Shown here piece by piece: positions 1 to 12,000 of a stretch of DNA of 64,000 nucleotides. Every line of letters starts with the position of its first letter. Within the stretch, counting starts at the first letter, position 1. The stretch comes from an uncultured cyanobacterium (GTDB taxonomy: Bacteria; Cyanobacteriota; Cyanobacteriia; Cyanobacteriales; Nostocaceae). The notes beneath the pieces are model-generated. The model was not told the DNA's origin, made no database searches, and saw only the letters and a list, made by a program, of their open reading frames with translations. The stretch spans positions 1,376,001 through 1,440,000 of the forward strand of contig CAVUDP010000002.1 of the NCBI GenBank assembly GCA_963740315.1, given 5' to 3'. Both the position numbers and the translations under genes were made by a program.

Positions 1-582
1 CATTCGCATTGCTCTAGCAAACGCTTTAAATGTCGCTTCAATAATGTGATGGGAATTAATTCCGTCAAGCTGACGAATGTGTAATGTCATTTGACTGTTG
101 TTTGCGATCGCTACAAAAAATTCCCTTACTAATTGAGTGTCGTAAGTTCCTACTCTTTGAGTGGGGATTTGCAAACCGTAAGTTAAATGAGGTCTTCCCG
201 AAAAATCCAAAGCTATTTGAACCAATGCTTCATCGAGGGGAGCGACAAAATGACCGAAACGAACAATGCCTTTGCGATCGCCAAGTGCTTGAGCTAAAGC
301 TTTTCCTAATGTAATCCCGACATCTTCATTGGTGTGGTGGTCGTCAATTTCTATATCTCCTTTAGCGATGACTTCTAAGTCAATCAGTCCGTGGTTCGAT
401 ATTTGATGCAGCATATGGTCTAAAAACGGAATGCCGGTTTGAGCGTTGCAATTACCCGTACCATCTAAATTAACGGTAACTTGCACGTCCGTTTCCCCGG
501 TAGTACGGCTAACGGTAGCAATGCGAGGACTGAAATTATAATTGCTATCTGAAGAGATTAGAGGACGTTCGATTGAGCGCAT
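1..582 (-). CDS. hisB: Imidazoleglycerol-phosphate dehydratase (runs off window start)
   Basis: Manual minus-strand translation gives [39 protein letters not shown] and [15 protein letters not shown] motifs; ATG at 582. Confidence 0.93.
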   Translation of the reverse strand, partial: MRSIERPLISSDSNYNFSPRIATVSRTTGETDVQVTVNLDGTGNCNAQTGIPFLDHMLHQISNHGLIDLEVIAKGDIEIDDHHTNEDVGITLGKALAQALGDRKGIVRFGHFVAPLDEALVQIALDFSGRPHLTYGLQIPTQRVGTYDTQLVREFFVAIANNSQMTLHIRQLDGINSHHIIEATFKAFARAMRM

Positions 583-686
583 AGTAGCCGTACTTATAAA
601 AAAACTGTAAATATATTATCTCTTGATTGCCAGATTTTAGATTTTAGCAACGGATATATTTGTTTTAGTTTATAGGTTGGGTTTAA

Positions 687-798
687 CTTGTTCCCAGTCT
701 CCTGGCTGGGAATGCATTTGAAGAGGCTCTGCCTATACTCAACTATCGTTACGGCAGAGCCTCTAGAACTTCGCTACCAGGCTGAGCCTGGTAACGAG
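687..798. repeat. Multi-hairpin MITE/REPIN-like element
   Basis: Three inverted repeats: TTCCCAGTC..GGCTGGGAA, AGAGGCTCTGCC..GGCAGAGCCTCT, CCAGGCT-G-AGCCTGG. Confidence 0.75.
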
Positions 799-850
799 AA
801 AAAAACCTACAAAATAAAGAAAATATTAAAAAAATTGGGAAATTTAACAA

Positions 851-1627
851 TTACATTCCCATGATTTCGTAACCTGCATCTACATACAGAATTTGACCTG
901 TAATTCCACTCGCTAAGTCGCTACACAAGAAGGCTGCTGCATTACCCACTTCTAGCTGGGTAACGGTGCGTTTAAGGGGAGCAACCTCTTCTACATGATG
1001 AATCATATCTAAAATGCCGCCTACCGCGCTTGAAGCCAAAGTACGAATGGGACCGGCTGAAATTGCATTAACGCGAATATTTTGCTCTCCTAATTCCGCT
1101 GCGAGGTAACGCACGCTCGATTCTAATGCTGCTTTAGCAACTCCCATGACGTTGTAATTAGGAATTGCTCTGACACCACCCAAGTAGGTAAGAGTCAAAA
1201 TGCTTCCTCCTTCAGACATTAAAGGCTTCGCTGCACCAGCTAATAAAGTTAATGAATAGGCACTTATTTCCAAAGCTAAATTAAAGCCTTCACGAGAAGT
1301 TTGACTAAAACCTCCGGTTAAATCGTCTTTTTTCGCGAAAGCAAGACAATGGATCAAAATATCTACAGAACCCCATTTTTCCTTGATGGTATCAAAAGTT
1401 GATTTTACTTGCTCGTCATCTTGGACATTACATGGCAAAAACAGGCTAGGAGAAAGTGGTTCTACTAAATCCGCAACTTTTTTCTCCATTTTTCCTTTCT
1501 CGTCGGGTAAATAGGTAACACCTATATTTGCTCCTGCTTTATGGAGTTGTTGAGCAATACCCCAAGCAATAGAACGGTTATTAGCAATACCTGTAACAAG
1601 CGCGTTTTTCCCTGTCAGATCCAGCAT
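851..1627 (-). CDS. fabI: Enoyl-ACP reductase FabI
   Basis: GIANNRSIAWGIA, YNVMGVAKAALE and AGPIRTLASS motifs. Confidence 0.97.
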   Translation of the reverse strand: MLDLTGKNALVTGIANNRSIAWGIAQQLHKAGANIGVTYLPDEKGKMEKKVADLVEPLSPSLFLPCNVQDDEQVKSTFDTIKEKWGSVDILIHCLAFAKKDDLTGGFSQTSREGFNLALEISAYSLTLLAGAAKPLMSEGGSILTLTYLGGVRAIPNYNVMGVAKAALESSVRYLAAELGEQNIRVNAISAGPIRTLASSAVGGILDMIHHVEEVAPLKRTVTQLEVGNAAAFLCSDLASGITGQILYVDAGYEIMGM

Positions 1628-1862
1628 AAAAATGACCTATTCAATAATGGTTCATGGTTGAGCATACTAGATATTCGGCTGATTTCTCTTACTTTTAAAT
1701 GGGATTTATCCGGAGTTGTAATCGAGGTTGTTAAAAAGCTGCTACTTTCATAGCTTGTTTCACACATTATGATATTTTCAATATTTCTTCATCAAAATTA
1801 TGTACATAATCAAATCGCTAAATAACTCTTAAAATTTAATGGCTTTAAGAGCTAAAATTTAT

Positions 1863-1916
1863 GTATCATGATGAACAAATAGTAATGAGGTTAGGAGGTT
1901 AAGTATAGGAAAGTAC
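1863..1916 (+). promoter_or_regulatory. NtcA-binding sites upstream of ntcA (autoregulation)
   Basis: GTA-TAGGAAAG-TAC at 1903-1916 (perfect GTA-N8-TAC) and GTA-TCATGATG-AAC at 1863-1876. Confidence 0.75.
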
Positions 1917-2003
1917 AAAAAGGTTAACAATGCAATATTAATTTTTCAAGTGTAATATACGGTAATCTGTTTTATTTTTCCGGCATTGGGTAGGGGAAGG
2001 GAG

Positions 2004-2675
2004 ATGATTGTGACACAAGATAAAGCCCTAGCAAATGTGTTTCGACAAATGGCGACGGGAGCTTTTCCGCCAGTTGTAGAAACCTTTGAACGCAACAAGA
2101 CGATATTTTTTCCTGGCGATCCAGCCGAACGAGTTTATTTTCTTCTCAAAGGTGCCGTTAAGCTCTCCAGGGTGTACGAGGCAGGCGAAGAAATAACGGT
2201 GGCGTTGCTACGAGAAAATAGCGTTTTTGGAGTTTTGTCCTTATTGACAGGAAACAAGTCGGATCGGTTTTATCATGCGGTAGCATTCACGCCAGTAGAA
2301 TTACTCTCCGCTCCAATTGAACAAGTAGAGCAAGCACTCAAAGAAAATCCAGAATTATCTATGTTGATGCTGCGAGGTCTTTCTTCGCGAATATTGCAGA
2401 CAGAGATGATGATTGAAACGCTTGCTCACCGAGATATGGGTTCTAGATTAGTGAGTTTTTTACTAATTCTGTGTCGAGATTTTGGAGTTCCATGTGCTGA
2501 TGGAATAACTATCGATTTAAAGTTATCTCATCAAGCGATTGCTGAAGCAATTGGTTCTACTCGCGTTACCGTGACGAGATTATTAGGCGATCTACGAGAA
2601 AAAAAGATGATTTCAATACACAAGAAAAAGATTACCGTTCATAAGCCAGTTACTTTAAGTCGGCAATTTACTTAA
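2004..2675 (+). CDS. ntcA: Global nitrogen regulator NtcA (CRP family)
   Basis: [16 protein letters not shown] start, cNMP-binding-like domain, [20 protein letters not shown]; 223 aa from ATG 2004. Confidence 0.98.
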
Positions 2676-2837
2676 AGCGGCATTGTACGAGGATCGGTCA
2701 AATTATGTTAATAGGAGGACGAATCTAGTGCGGTATATCCCGCCCTAAAGTTAATTTGATGGTTGTAAAAGTACATCTGAAATTATCGTACCGACAGTGA
2801 CGCGGCGTTACCTGGTTAATATTACAGATGCTTTTAT

Positions 2838-2880
2838 TTTGGTAGCAGATCGATGATAATTAAGGCTGCTACCAAATTTT
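2838..2880 (+). terminator. Hairpin/likely terminator after ntcA
   Basis: 11-bp stem TTTGGTAGCAG/CTGCTACCAAA followed by T run. Confidence 0.45.
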
Positions 2881-3079
2881 TAAAAAGTTTTAAATTGTAT
2901 TTTTGCCTGCATTAATTGGGTAGAAAGGATATTTTGACTGTACGATCGCACTTTTTTAAATCGAAGTGAGGTACACCTGGAAATTCAGTATATTCAGCTC
3001 TTGCCTTATTTACCTTTTCCCACACACAATAACTGGAAGAAGTAGGCTGTATGTGAAAGGATGAATTCGGCACGATTAT

Positions 3080-4591
3080 ATGACCACCGCATTTATCCTA
3101 ATAACGGCAATCTTAATTTTGGGAGGCGTAATTGCTACCGTCGGCGATCGCATTGGCACGCGGGTTGGCAAAAAACGGCTCTCACTGTTCAATCTACGTC
3201 CCAAAAAGACTGCGGTTTTGGTGACGATTCTCACCGGAATCGGCATTTCGGCATCAACTTTAGCAAGTTTGTTTTTGGTTGATGAAGGATTGCGTAAAGG
3301 AGTCTTCGAGCTTGAAGATATTCAAAGAGATTTGAGAAGGAAGCGAGAGCAGCTTGAAGGTACGGCGAATAATTTAGAAATTACTAAAAAAGAGTTAGCC
3401 CAAGCCAGAGAGCAGCAAGCGCAAGCACAAAAGAATTTAGAGGCAATTAACCGCTCCCTTATTGCTGCAAACACCAAGCAACGATTAACTCAAGCCCAAC
3501 TCAATAAAACCATCAAGGAGCAAGCCCGCACTCAAGCTTTATTACAAAGTACGACTGCAAAACTAAATCAAGTTGCTACTCGCTACAAAGAAGCTATTAA
3601 CGAGCTGCAAAGCATTATTGATGAAAGAGACAACAAAATTAAGGAAATCAAGCAGCTCAGAGCAGAAAGACAGCGACTATATACAGAAGCCAAAAAAGCT
3701 CTAGATCAAGCCGAAGCTGCAATTAATAAACGCGATCGCGAATTAGACAAACGTCAAGAGGCGATTGACAAGCGCGATGAAAAAATTGCGGCTCTTGATA
3801 AGCAAATCCAAGAGCGAAATTCACAAATCACTTCACGCGAGCAAATGATTGCTCAACGTCAAAAAGTGATTAACGAAAAGCAAGCCCGCCTTTCTGAGTT
3901 AGAAAGACAGCAGGCTTCTTTAGAACAGCAGCTCGCTAAGTTGGGACAATCCAACCGGGATTTGCGCTTGGGTAAGCTAGCCTTAGTACGCGGACAAGTT
4001 ATTGCTGAAGCAGTAATTCGCGTCGAAAAACCCTCAGCTGCCAAACAAGCTGCAATTAAGTTATTGCAAGAAGCTAACCGTTCGGCTCTCAAACAATTAA
4101 GCGAACCCGGAAGCAATTCCTCAAATGATGGCAAATCATCAATTTTGTTCGCAACTGCAAAACAAATTGAGCAGTTAAGCAAGCAGATTGATGATGGTAG
4201 AGAATATGTGGTGCGAATTTTTTCCGCAGGTAACTACGTCAGAGGAGAAAAGCGCATCGAGTTTTTTGCTGATGCAGCACCCAATCAAATTGTCTTTCAA
4301 AGAGGTGAGGTGCTAGCAACTACCACGGCAGATCCAAGCGTTATGACACCAGAGCGCGTAACTCAGCGATTGGAGTTGTTAATTTCTGCTTCTCAATTTC
4401 GCGCCCGTAATGCTGGTATTTTAGAAAGTATTCAAATAGACGGTAATTTTATTCGATTTATAGCTTTATTACGGCAGTATAACCAATCATTAGATATCAA
4501 AGCCGTTGCCGCCGAAGATACTTACAGAGCCGGACCTTTAAAAGTTAAACTGGTAGCACTGTTAAATGGACAAATAGTATTTAGTACTTGA
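3080..4591 (+). CDS. DUF3084-like membrane-anchored coiled-coil protein
   Basis: GGVIATVGDRIG..GKKRLSLFNLRPKKTA N-terminus with TM segments, long coiled coil. Confidence 0.85.
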   Translation: MTTAFILITAILILGGVIATVGDRIGTRVGKKRLSLFNLRPKKTAVLVTILTGIGISASTLASLFLVDEGLRKGVFELEDIQRDLRRKREQLEGTANNLEITKKELAQAREQQAQAQKNLEAINRSLIAANTKQRLTQAQLNKTIKEQARTQALLQSTTAKLNQVATRYKEAINELQSIIDERDNKIKEIKQLRAERQRLYTEAKKALDQAEAAINKRDRELDKRQEAIDKRDEKIAALDKQIQERNSQITSREQMIAQRQKVINEKQARLSELERQQASLEQQLAKLGQSNRDLRLGKLALVRGQVIAEAVIRVEKPSAAKQAAIKLLQEANRSALKQLSEPGSNSSNDGKSSILFATAKQIEQLSKQIDDGREYVVRIFSAGNYVRGEKRIEFFADAAPNQIVFQRGEVLATTTADPSVMTPERVTQRLELLISASQFRARNAGILESIQIDGNFIRFIALLRQYNQSLDIKAVAAEDTYRAGPLKVKLVALLNGQIVFST

Positions 4592-4677
4592 AAAATTATG
4601 GTTATAGCCGTTTATGTTCATTATTAGCTATAAGTTACTAGCAAATATTGTATAGGTATCATTTAACAGCACTTTAT

Positions 4678-5112
4678 ATGACTTCCCGTAAATTTTCACC
4701 TTCCGACTCGGTGATTTTGGGTTTCGATCCTGGAAAAGATAAATGTGGCGTAGCAGTGATGGGGCTTGATAGACAACTTCAGTATCACGAAGTCGTATCC
4801 TCCCCCTCGGCGATCGCTGCTATTGAGGAATTGTATCAAAAGTATGCAATTTCTTTGTTAGTAATGGGAAACCAAACCACATCGAAGCGTTGGAAACAGC
4901 AAATACAAGAAAAATTATCCCCGACGGTAAATATTATTTTAGTAGATGAGCGCTATTCAAGCTTAGAAGCACGCGATCGTTACTGGTTAATGTACCCACC
5001 CAAAGGATTAACCAAACTATTACCCAAAGGAATGCGAACACCACCGCGTCCAATAGATGATATTGTTGCCATTTTGCTTATAGAAAGATATCTTAACCGC
5101 TTGACTGAGTAG
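4678..5112 (+). CDS. yqgF: YqgF/RuvX-family RNase H-like nuclease
   Basis: ILGFDPGKDKCGVA, VDERYSSLEAR and DDIVA motifs. Confidence 0.8.
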   Translation: MTSRKFSPSDSVILGFDPGKDKCGVAVMGLDRQLQYHEVVSSPSAIAAIEELYQKYAISLLVMGNQTTSKRWKQQIQEKLSPTVNIILVDERYSSLEARDRYWLMYPPKGLTKLLPKGMRTPPRPIDDIVAILLIERYLNRLTE

Positions 5113-5239
5113 TTTAAGGGATGGGGGGATGGGGAGACAAGGGGACGAGGGGAGAAAAAGTTATGAGTTATGAGTTATGAGTTAGAAGTGATGATTTTAT
5201 TTACCCCAACTATTCAACCTTTAACCTTTAACCTTATTT

Positions 5240-5503
5240 TCAAATTTCTGCTCGAATCGTAAAAACATAATCTCCTCCCGGTTCGAGTTGATAGTCTTTT
5301 TGTTCTAGAAAGCGGCTGAGAGGTTCTTTGATTAATGCTCTACCTTGAGAAGGTGTAATTGACAATTCTCCGGCGCGAAAATGCCACTCAAATTGCCACT
5401 CAAATTCACCTGCTCTGACTTCACCTTTTAGTAGACTGTTTTGCCACGATTGTCGTGTAATCTTGACGTGGGCTGTGGTTTTCGGTAGTCGTTTAGAACT
5501 CAC
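5240..5503 (-). CDS. Conserved cyanobacterial protein (DUF3146-like)
   Basis: PSQGRALIKEPLSRFLEQKDYQLEPGGDY motif. Confidence 0.75.
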   Translation of the reverse strand: MSSKRLPKTTAHVKITRQSWQNSLLKGEVRAGEFEWQFEWHFRAGELSITPSQGRALIKEPLSRFLEQKDYQLEPGGDYVFTIRAEI

Positions 5504-5939
5504 GATTTATTGCAATACTGACTGGATAATTATTTTTACTCTAAAAGGATTTACGCAGAGCCACCCCTTTTTCAAGGAGGGTTAGGGGGATTTTTTATTT
5601 ACTGGTGCGTAATCCATACACTTAACATAACTTAAAATTTTATTTGTTCAAATTAGTATATAAATTATTTTTTTCTCTTCAACCCGCATAGATTGCGCCG
5701 GTAAATATGTTGGGCAACTAACACAAAGGCAAATTAAATTTATTTTAAATGTAATCAATTCTTGAAATTCAACCACCAAGCAATAAATACTTGACAATGG
5801 TGGTTAATTAATAATATAGGTTTATATTCATTCAAATCAAAACGCGGATTTTAGATTTGCGATCGAGTCGCAATCCCGGACACTTGCTGCAACTCAAAAA
5901 GAGCAACACAGTGTCCTTAAAATCTAAAATCCCGATGGT

Positions 5940-8093
5940 TTAAGCGTTAGTAGCTGCTTCTCGCGCCGCAGCTGCTTGTTCTGGGTGAATACCCAAGCGG
6001 GTAAGGTTTATTCTACCTTTGTTGTCAATTTCCCGAACTTTGACAATTACTTCATCGCCAACTGCAACTTCGTCTTCGACTTTACCAACTCGGTAGTCTG
6101 CTAGCTGGGAAATGTGAATCATCCCTTCTTTACCGGGTAAAAACTCTACGAAAGCACCAATTGGGATAATTCTAGTGACTCTACCAACGTAAACGTCACC
6201 TTCATTGAGCTTGCGCGTCATTGATTGAATAATAAAGCGGGCTTTTTTAGCTTTATTTTCATCCAAGGCGGCAATTGTCACGGTACCGTCGTCTTCTATG
6301 TCAATGGTGGCACCTGTCTCTTCGGTAATTCCTTTGATGGTTTTACCTCCAGGACCAATTACCAAACCAATCATGTCTGAGTCAATCTTGATGCTCAACA
6401 ACCGTGGAGCATAAGGTGACATTTCCTCACGGGGTTGATCGATGCAAGCCAACATTTTTTCTAAAATGTGCAATCTAGCACTTTTAGCTTGATGCACTGC
6501 TTGGGCTATAACGTCTAAGGATAAGCCGGAGATTTTCATATCCATTTGCAAGGCGGTGATGCCAGCATCGGTTCCGGCAACTTTAAAGTCCATGTCGCCT
6601 AAGAAGTCTTCGATACCTTGGATATCAGTTAAAACCCGTACTCCATCTTCTTCTTTAATTAAACCCATTGCCGCACCGCTAACGGGTTTTTTAATTGGTA
6701 CGCCTGCATCCATTAACGCTAACGTGGAAGCACACACCGAACCCATTGATGTAGAACCGTTGGAAGAAAGTACCTCAGATACTACTCGAAGTACGTAAGG
6801 AAATTCGGTCTTTGTTGGTAATACAGGTAATATAGCTCGTTCTGCTAAGGCACCGTGACCGATTTCTCTTCTTCCTGGTGGACGTAAAGGCTTGGTTTCT
6901 CCAACAGAATATGGTGGGAAGTTATAATGGTGGAGATAATGCTTTTGCTGATCTGGTTGCAGGTCATCGTTTAAATTTTGAGCATCTCCAGGGGTTCCCA
7001 AAGTACATATAGAAAGCACTTGGGTGAGTCCCCGGTTAAACAAACCGCTACCGTGAACCCGTTTTGGTAAAAGGTCTACTTGACAGGATACGGGACGAAC
7101 TTCATCGAGCTTACGACCATCAACGCGAACGCCATCTTCAACGATTTGACGGCGCATCAGCTTTTTCGTGATGCCTTTAAAAGTATTGCCGAGTGCCTTA
7201 CTATTTTCCGTTGCAGCTACTCGAATTGCATCGTCTTCGGGTAACTCCTCAATCTCTGCTTTTATTTCGTCTTTGATGACATCCAAAGCATCATCGCGTT
7301 CGGCTTTAGTAAAATCAAACTGCGACAGAACTTTTTTGATTCTATCCTTGGCGCGATCGGTTATAAAGTTTTCCAGAGTAGTGTCTACTTCGGGTGGTTC
7401 TTCGCTAACAATCTCAATACCTAGTTCTGCAATCAAATCCAATTGCGCTTGGATTAAATCTTGTACCGCTTCGTAACCAAATTCAATGGCTTCGATAATA
7501 TCTTGTTCTGGTAGCTGATTGGCTCCCGCTTCCACCATGATTACGCCGTCTGGCGAACCTGCTACAACCAGATCCAAGTCTCCAGCAGTGACTTCTGCAT
7601 AGGTGGGGTTAATGATGAAATCGTCTCCCACCAAGCCAACTCTTACCGCAGCCATTGGTCCTTTGAAGGGAATTTTTGCCAACAAAGTAGCAATACTTGC
7701 ACCCGTCACCGCTAGCACATCCGGGGGTACTTTTTCATCTACCGAAAGAGTTGCTGCGATAATTTGCAAGTCATCTCGCAACCATGAAGGGAACAAAGGA
7801 CGCATGGGACGGTCAATTAAACGACTGGTAAGAGTCGCTTTTTCTGGAGGTCGTCCTTCCCTTCTCAAAATACCTCCGGGAATTCTACCTGCTGCATACA
7901 ATCTCTCTTCGTAATCTACAGTCAAAGGTAGAAAATCAATTCCTTCTCTTCCTTGCGATCGCGTCGCCGTCACTAGTACTGCTGTATCCCCAGATTGTAT
8001 CATTACAGACCCGCCAGCCTGGGGAGCTAACAAGCCAACCTTCAGTCGAATATCCCGTCCGTCAAAGGATATTGACTTTTCAAATTCTTCCAT
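5940..8093 (-). CDS. pnp: Polyribonucleotide nucleotidyltransferase
   Basis: Two RNase PH domains ([35 protein letters not shown]), KH (GPGGKTIK) and S1 domains. Confidence 0.98.
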   Translation of the reverse strand: MEEFEKSISFDGRDIRLKVGLLAPQAGGSVMIQSGDTAVLVTATRSQGREGIDFLPLTVDYEERLYAAGRIPGGILRREGRPPEKATLTSRLIDRPMRPLFPSWLRDDLQIIAATLSVDEKVPPDVLAVTGASIATLLAKIPFKGPMAAVRVGLVGDDFIINPTYAEVTAGDLDLVVAGSPDGVIMVEAGANQLPEQDIIEAIEFGYEAVQDLIQAQLDLIAELGIEIVSEEPPEVDTTLENFITDRAKDRIKKVLSQFDFTKAERDDALDVIKDEIKAEIEELPEDDAIRVAATENSKALGNTFKGITKKLMRRQIVEDGVRVDGRKLDEVRPVSCQVDLLPKRVHGSGLFNRGLTQVLSICTLGTPGDAQNLNDDLQPDQQKHYLHHYNFPPYSVGETKPLRPPGRREIGHGALAERAILPVLPTKTEFPYVLRVVSEVLSSNGSTSMGSVCASTLALMDAGVPIKKPVSGAAMGLIKEEDGVRVLTDIQGIEDFLGDMDFKVAGTDAGITALQMDMKISGLSLDVIAQAVHQAKSARLHILEKMLACIDQPREEMSPYAPRLLSIKIDSDMIGLVIGPGGKTIKGITEETGATIDIEDDGTVTIAALDENKAKKARFIIQSMTRKLNEGDVYVGRVTRIIPIGAFVEFLPGKEGMIHISQLADYRVGKVEDEVAVGDEVIVKVREIDNKGRINLTRLGIHPEQAAAAREAATNA

Positions 8094-8276
8094 TCAGTTC
8101 TTTTTCCTTCTACGCACTATTCGCTCTCAGTGGCAATCCTAACATTTATGCTCTCTTGCTTGCCGCACTATATTGATAAATCTGTTAATAGCGATCGGTA
8201 TTTCTAAACTTTTAGTTTTGTTTCAAACTCTTTACTATTGAAAGCTTAAAGCTGAAAAAACTCCTGACTCCGGCAC

Positions 8277-8828
8277 TCAGGTGGTCTTTAAAGTACGGTA
8301 CATTATCAAAGCATCTATATACGAATCGTTGTCTAGCTCTACCGCAGCGGGGATTCGTCCGATAGTTTGAAATCCTAGAGATTCCCACAGCCGAATTGAA
8401 GGTATATTAGTTTCAAAGACCAAATTAAACATTACCGCTTGATAGCCAAGACTCGCAGCGATCGAAAGCATTGTTTCACCCATTAACCGCCCAATTCCCT
8501 GACCTCGCATTTGGGGTTGTACAATAAAACCAGCGTTGCAAATATGGCTACATCTCCCAGAAAAGTTTGGTTTGATGTAAAAAGCAGCTAGTATCTCTTG
8601 TGATAGAGATTGATTGCTTGGATCTACTGCTTTGACTACAAAGGCATCACCTAACAGCCAGTAAGCATCGAATTCTAATTCTGTTAAAGGTTGTTTTTGG
8701 GGATATGATTTTCCTTCTATAACTATGGTATTGAGCAGTTTCTTTACCTGCTCTGTTTCCTGATGTTGCATATAATCTAATTCTACTTGTATGCCATTTT
8801 TAAAACTTTTATAAACTGGTAACTGCAT
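8277..8828 (-). CDS. GNAT family N-acetyltransferase
   Basis: RGQGIG acetyl-CoA motif, HICNAGF, NLVFETN..LWESLGF. Confidence 0.9.
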   Translation of the reverse strand: MQLPVYKSFKNGIQVELDYMQHQETEQVKKLLNTIVIEGKSYPQKQPLTELEFDAYWLLGDAFVVKAVDPSNQSLSQEILAAFYIKPNFSGRCSHICNAGFIVQPQMRGQGIGRLMGETMLSIAASLGYQAVMFNLVFETNIPSIRLWESLGFQTIGRIPAAVELDNDSYIDALIMYRTLKTT

Positions 8829-9093
8829 TTTTGTTAATCTTGATTAAGCTATATTTTAGAATTGTTGATTTTGAAAAATCAGAAGAATAGTTTTTTAGTG
8901 TGAATCATACAGACTCAGGGCGAAAAAAATAAAATTTATTTGATTCATGCTTATACTTATTCCCGGCGACGATCGCGATTATTTAATTTATTACAAATTA
9001 TTGCAAAAGTATAAATGTATTAAATAAGTTTTTTATGCAAAATTAAGTAGTTGAAATTTTTAATTCTACAACAAGAAAGATTGTAATTGACTT

Positions 9094-12000
9094 ATGGCAA
9101 TTTTACACGGTAGTTGGTTACTGAACGGTCAAGGTAGCTGTTTTTTTGTATGGGGAGAAACTTGGCGTTCTTTAGATAGCAATTCGAGTCCAGATGAATT
9201 AATTAAAGTGCTGCCTCATTATGCAGCGATGACACCGTTTGAATTATTAGAATTGTTGCAAGAACGTAATATTTCAATTCCTAACTGGGGAAAAGTTGAA
9301 ACCCAATCGAGCGCTAAGTCTGGGAAAAAACGTAAAGCTACAGCTACTAATGTAAATTTGCCTTCCTCATCTATTGCGATCGCTTTACCTACCCATATTC
9401 CTCAAGCAGTTAAAAAGAAGAATAAAAATATTGATTCTATATACCCGTTACATTCGGCAATGGTTGAAGAAACGGCAAAAACACAATATTTACACCCTTG
9501 GCAAGTTGAAGGTTTTTGTTTGAACTCTAAGGAAGCGAACAAATTTTTAACTTCTTTACCGATGAGTGTTGCTAATGACGAGCAAGCTTTTATCGGAGAA
9601 GATTTACGTTTTTGGTCGCAAGTTGCCCGTTGGAGTTTAGATTTAATTGCAAGATGTAAGTTTTTGCCTGAAATTGAGAATAATCAGGATAATTACCCAA
9701 TTGCTAGCTGGGAAGCACTTTTAGATAGTGCCGTTGATGGCAGCCGATTGGATAAGTATTCGCGATCGATGCCTTTGTCATGTCGAATGTATCAAGCACA
9801 AGCCTCTTATTACCCATCAGTTAATTTACCACCGCAATCCGAGCAATTACTGCTAGATTTTTTGAATAAAACTGTAGATGCTCAACTGCGAGAAATGGTA
9901 AATCCGGATGCGGCAGAAACGCGATTGCTGGCATCTTTACCATCTGTAGTAAAGCAATGGTTGCTCGGTTTAACAAGTAATAAAAATTCACTTAGTGCAG
10001 ATACCCCAGAAGTTGAAAGGCTAGAAGCGGCGCTGAATGCTTGGACTATGCCTTTACAAAATCAACTCGGACAAAGAAGTCTTTTTCGCACTTGTTTTGT
10101 ATTGCGTACTCCAGAAGCAGGTGATACCGAATGGTTGTTGGAGTACTATCTGCAAGCGATCGACGATGAAGAATTTTTGTTAGATGCACAAACCATTTGG
10201 AATCATCCGGTTGACAAGTTTGTTTACCAAAATCGCACGGTTGATAAACCGCAAGAAACATTTTTACGAGGTTTGGGTTTAGCTTCGCGGCTTTATCCAA
10301 TAATTGCACCAAGTTTAGATACGGCTTTACCTCAATCTTGTCGTCTCGAACCGATGCAAGCGTATGATTTTATTAAGTCGGTAACTTGGCGGTTTGAAGA
10401 TAGCGGTTTGGGTGTGGTTTTACCTGATTCTTTGGCAAATCGCGATGGATGGGCGAATCGTTTGGGTTTGAAAGTCAGCGCTCAAACTCCGAACAAAAAA
10501 ACCGAACGTTTGGGTTTACAAAGTTTACTTAATTTCCGGTGGGAATTAGCAATTGGCGGACAAACTCTTTCCAAGCAGCAGTTTGACAAACTTGTAGCGT
10601 TAAAGAGTCCCTTGGTGGAAATCAATGGCGAGTGGGTAGAATTGCGTCCCCAAGATATTAAAACAGCACAAACATTCTTTGCTGGTAGAAAAGAAAAAAT
10701 GGCGCTGTCTTTAGAAGATGCGTTGCGATTGGGTTCCGGCGATACTCAGATGATTGAAAAATTACCCGTAGTTAGTTTTGAAGCTTCTGGTGCTTTGCAA
10801 GAATTAATTACAAATCTTACAGATAATCAAGAGATAGAAGCGCTACCTACACCTGCGAGTTTTCACGGTGAATTGCGTCCCTATCAACAACGGGGTATGG
10901 CTTGGCTGTCATTTTTGGAACGTTGGGGTTTGGGTGCTTGTTTGGCAGATGACATGGGTTTGGGGAAAACCATTCAATTCATAGCCTTTCTACTTCATTT
11001 AAAAGAAGAGGAAGCGCTACAAAATCCGACATTATTAGTATGTCCCACTTCCGTACTAGGAAACTGGGAAAGGGAAGTGAAAAAATTTGCCCCTAACCTT
11101 AAAGTTTTGCAGTATCACGGTGATAAACGTCCCAAAGGAAAGGCTTTTCAAAATGCTGTAAAAGATAAAAATATCGTAATTACAAGTTACTCGTTAGTTC
11201 ACCGCGATTTAAAGACATTACAAGATATTTCTTGGCAGATAATTGCTTTAGATGAAGCTCAAAACATTAAAAATGCAGAATCGAAACAATCTCAAGCAGT
11301 ACGACAGTTAGAACCAGAATTTCGTATTGCTTTGACGGGTACGCCAGTAGAAAATAGACTACAGGAATTGTGGTCGATTATGGATTTTTTAAATCCGGGA
11401 TATTTAGGAAACAAACAGTTTTTTCAACGACGCTTTGCAATGCCAATTGAAAAATACGGCGATACTTCTTCTTTATCACAATTGCGCTCTTTAGTGCAGC
11501 CTTTTATTTTACGCCGTTTGAAAACAGACCGCAATATCATTCAAGACTTACCAGAAAAGCAGGAAATGACTGTTTTTTGTGGTTTAACTCCCGAACAAGC
11601 AAAGCTTTATCAACAAGTAGTAGAAAATTCCTTAGCCGAAATTGACGATGCGGAAGGATTGCAGCGTCGGGGAATGATTTTGGGTTTACTTGTGAAGTTA
11701 AAACAGATTTGCAATCACCCAGCGCAGTATTTAAAGAAAAAGACATTAGACAATCATGATTCCGCCAAACTTCAGCGTTTGGACGAGATGTTAGAAGAAG
11801 TTATATCAAATGGCGATCGCGCTTTAATTTTTACTCAGTTTGCGGAGTGGGGTAAGTTGCTCAAACCCCATCTAGAAGAGAAGTTGAGCCGAGAAACTTT
11901 GTTTTTATATGGAAGTACGAGCAAAAAACAACGTGAGGAAATGATAGACCGTTTCCAACACGATCCGCAAGCCCCACCAGTAATGATTCTTTCGTTAAAA

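Noticed and set aside
84..314. Plus-strand 76-aa ORF
   Set aside because: It is the antisense shadow of hisB. The same applies to the short antisense ORFs inside pnp, psbDC, flv and cas genes.
1709..1714. TCCGGA DIF1-like motif between fabI and ntcA
   Set aside because: It is a single palindromic 6-mer with no supporting TSS information, so strand and function cannot be assigned.
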